A DNA stretch of 26,407 nucleotides, from assembly GCA_031413455.1 (NCBI GenBank), contig JANOFD010000505.1:1-26407 (forward strand). The letters are read 5' to 3'. The notes under the pieces are model-generated. The model had not been told where the DNA came from and searched no databases. It saw only the letters and a program-made list of their open reading frames with translations. Below are positions 24,117-26,407 of the stretch, in pieces. Both the position numbers and the translations under genes were made by a program. Numbering within the stretch: position 1 is the stretch's first letter; every line of letters starts with the position of its first letter. Source of the stretch: Rhodobiaceae bacterium (GTDB lineage: Bacteria; Pseudomonadota; Alphaproteobacteria; Micropepsales; Micropepsaceae).

Positions 24117-26407
24117 ATGATCCGGTTTCTTGAAACGATTTTCTTCCGTGGCCGCGTGCCCGTGCTGGCACTTGTCGCGCTCGTCACCATAGTCCTCGGA
24201 TATGAAGCAAGCAAACTTCGTATGGATGCAGGCTTCTATAAGAGCTTGCCCACCGATCACCCTTACATCGACACGTTCCTTGAATATCAGGACCGTTTGT
24301 TCGGTGCCAACCGCGTCATTATCGTTGTCCGCAATACCAAAGGCGACATATGGAACAAGGCGTTCCTCAATACGCTCAACGATGTAACGCAAGCGATATT
24401 CTATCTCCCGGGCGTTGACCGCCGCACAGTCACCAGTCTGTGGACCCCCAACACGCGAATTCTGGAAATCACGGAAGACGGCATTTCGGCACGCGACGTG
24501 ATCCCTGGCAAAATCACGCCCGAGGAAATGGAAGGCCTGGCGATCAAGCAGCTGAAGAACGATGTTCTGAAAGGAAATTTGGTCGGACGTTTGGTTTCGA
24601 ATGATTTCACCGCCTCAATGGTCGTCACCGAACTCCTCGAATACGATCCGGCCACGCAAACCAAGCTCGATTACATTGCCCTCGGTGAACAGCTCGAAAA
24701 AGAAATCCGTGGCAAGTTCGAGAAAGACGGCCTTGAAGTCCACATCATCGGCTTTGCAAAAAACATCTCCGACATTGCCAAAGGCGGCAGCGAATCCGCG
24801 CCCGTATTCTTCGGCGGCGCGTTCTTGCTCACGGTGCTTGCAGTCTATTTTTATTGCCGCAACTGGAAGCTGACGTGGTTAACCGTAGGGTGCTCTCTGA
24901 CCACGGTCGTGTGGCAGTTCGGCATGATCACCCTGCTGGGCTTTGGTCTCGATCCTTTGGCCATTCTGGTCCCGTTTTTGGTGTTTGCCATTGGCACCAG
25001 TCATGGTGTCCAGCAGCTGAATATGATGACGGCCGAAATCACCCACGGTAGCTCTCCCGAAGCCGCCGCGCGTTCGAGCTTCCGCGGCCTCCTCATTCCG
25101 GGCTCGCTATCTCTCATCACAGCCGTTGTCGGCTTCGCGGCCTTGCTGGTTGTTCCAATTCCTCAAATTCAGGAACTGGCGATCACCGCATCGATCGGAA
25201 CCGGTCTCAAACTCATCAGCAACCTGATCATGCTGCCGGTTATAGCGTCGTACTTCACCTACGATGAGGGTTACCGCCAGCGCATCACCAATGCTCGTGA
25301 CAGCCGGTTGAAGGTCATCCGGGTGCTTGGAGTCTTCGGCAAACCTGTCGTCGCCTTTCCGGTCACGATTATCTTTCTAAGCCTGTTTGCCGCGTCCGTT
25401 TATCTCAGCGCAGACCGCCACGTCGGCGATTTGCACGCGGGTTCGCCTGAGTTGCGGCCGGACTCGCGCTACAATGTCGACGCGCGAACAATTTCCGAGA
25501 AGTTCTCCGTCGGCTTGGATCTGTTTACAATCATCGTCGAAACACCACCGCAATCTTGCATCAATTACGCGGCCATGAATTATCTGAACGAATTCAGCTG
25601 GTACATGCGCAATGTCGACGGTGTGCGTGAAGTGCAAAGCGCCCCGTTCACCGCAAAACAAATCGCTGCAGGATGGAATGAAGGAAATCTGAAATGGCGC
25701 GCCTTGCCGCGCAATCAATACGCCCTCGTGCAAGCCGTAGGCCCCATCCCATCGTCCTCTGGTTTGATTGACGTGGATTGCGCCCTCTTGCCGCTCCAGG
25801 TTTTCTTGGTCGATGGTAAGGCGACCACGCTCAAGAAAGTCGTGTCAGCAACCGAAGAATGGATTGCAGCCCGGGGATTCAAGCCGGTGCTTTCAGCAGG
25901 CAGACCCAATGGCGACCGCATCATGCCGCCGGAATTCCTGTCCGATGGCAAACCGCGGCGCGAACCCGCAAAAGCCACAAGCACCTGGACGGTCAGTCGC
26001 GAGCAGGCCGTGGGATTGATTTATACCGCACCTATTCAGTCGAAAGATCAGGCCCAAACATTCACGGTCAGAGGGTTCCTCCCTCCTCCTGCGGACAAGT
26101 TTGAACTGCGTGGCCTCGTCGGTGCGCCCATTGCAGGTGCTGAAGGCACCGTTGAAGTCACCCCGGGCAAAGACGGAACAGCAAAAGTCGATTTGGTGAC
26201 GCTGATCAGCAAGAAAGAGTTCGCCACATCGGAACTGTTTGTCATCGACGGCGTGCCAGACTCATTCAACATTCGTATGGCGTCGGGCAACTCCGGTGTA
26301 ACCGCCGCGGTCAACCAGACGCTTGAGACTTACGAGTTGCCCTCGACGCTCATCGTCTACGTGATGGTGTTGTTCCTCACCTACATCACCTACTTCGATT
26401 GGCGGGC
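24117..26407 (+). CDS. MMPL/RND family transporter permease, 3'-truncated by the window edge
   Basis: Manual translation is open from ATG 24117 (GGGAG upstream) to the window end: MIRFLE...LRMDAGFYKSLPTDHPYI...FGANRV...VTSLWTPN...LDPLAILVPFLVFAIGTSHGVQ...PELRPDSRYN...MASGNSGVTAA. Absent from the ORF track because there is no stop codon in the window. Confidence 0.93.
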   Translation, partial: MIRFLETIFFRGRVPVLALVALVTIVLGYEASKLRMDAGFYKSLPTDHPYIDTFLEYQDRLFGANRVIIVVRNTKGDIWNKAFLNTLNDVTQAIFYLPGVDRRTVTSLWTPNTRILEITEDGISARDVIPGKITPEEMEGLAIKQLKNDVLKGNLVGRLVSNDFTASMVVTELLEYDPATQTKLDYIALGEQLEKEIRGKFEKDGLEVHIIGFAKNISDIAKGGSESAPVFFGGAFLLTVLAVYFYCRNWKLTWLTVGCSLTTVVWQFGMITLLGFGLDPLAILVPFLVFAIGTSHGVQQLNMMTAEITHGSSPEAAARSSFRGLLIPGSLSLITAVVGFAALLVVPIPQIQELAITASIGTGLKLISNLIMLPVIASYFTYDEGYRQRITNARDSRLKVIRVLGVFGKPVVAFPVTIIFLSLFAASVYLSADRHVGDLHAGSPELRPDSRYNVDARTISEKFSVGLDLFTIIVETPPQSCINYAAMNYLNEFSWYMRNVDGVREVQSAPFTAKQIAAGWNEGNLKWRALPRNQYALVQAVGPIPSSSGLIDVDCALLPLQVFLVDGKATTLKKVVSATEEWIAARGFKPVLSAGRPNGDRIMPPEFLSDGKPRREPAKATSTWTVSREQAVGLIYTAPIQSKDQAQTFTVRGFLPPPADKFELRGLVGAPIAGAEGTVEVTPGKDGTAKVDLVTLISKKEFATSELFVIDGVPDSFNIRMASGNSGVTAAVNQTLETYELPSTLIVYVMVLFLTYITYFDWR

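Noticed and set aside
24117-26407. MMPL gene apparently lacking its usual YCF48/DUF1302/DUF1329 partners
   Set aside because: The gene runs off the window edge, so partners may lie downstream; cannot be judged here.
1-26407. CRISPR arrays, tRNA/rRNA, transposases, integrases, prophage or defence genes
   Set aside because: None recognised by eye or in the ORF track. The remaining short ORFs in the track overlap confidently assigned genes in other frames.

Overview
A GC-rich chromosomal segment of an alphaproteobacterium, judged from gene content and from regulatory motifs of the alphaproteobacterial type. It is mostly housekeeping, with no transposase, phage gene, tRNA/rRNA or CRISPR array that I can support. 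Order: 3' end of hpf, ptsN, DUF1150, then a minus-strand run read leftwards (CVNH-like/crystallin protein, dienelactone hydrolase, a 917-aa MFS permease-PhoR fusion ORF, phoU, truncated phoB), an L,D-transpeptidase-family gene, bioB, an sdhCDA...sdhB operon split by an opposite-strand M1 aminopeptidase, HAD hydrolase, VOC protein, M48/YgjP-like protein, class A PBP, ankyrin protein, regB-regA, mmcB, a ferritin-like diiron protein, and an MMPL/RND permease running off the right edge (absent from the ORF track). The most unusual items are: (1) a Pho locus with no pstSCAB, in which PhoR is fused in frame to a complete MFS transporter and phoB stops after 70 codons; (2) a perfect LexA box on a near-consensus sigma70 promoter with no evident target gene; (3) the split sdh operon; (4) an apparent extra domain of roughly 110-130 aa in the MMPL protein. 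sdhA carries a 1-bp frameshift, so sequence error must be excluded for the fusion and the truncation too.
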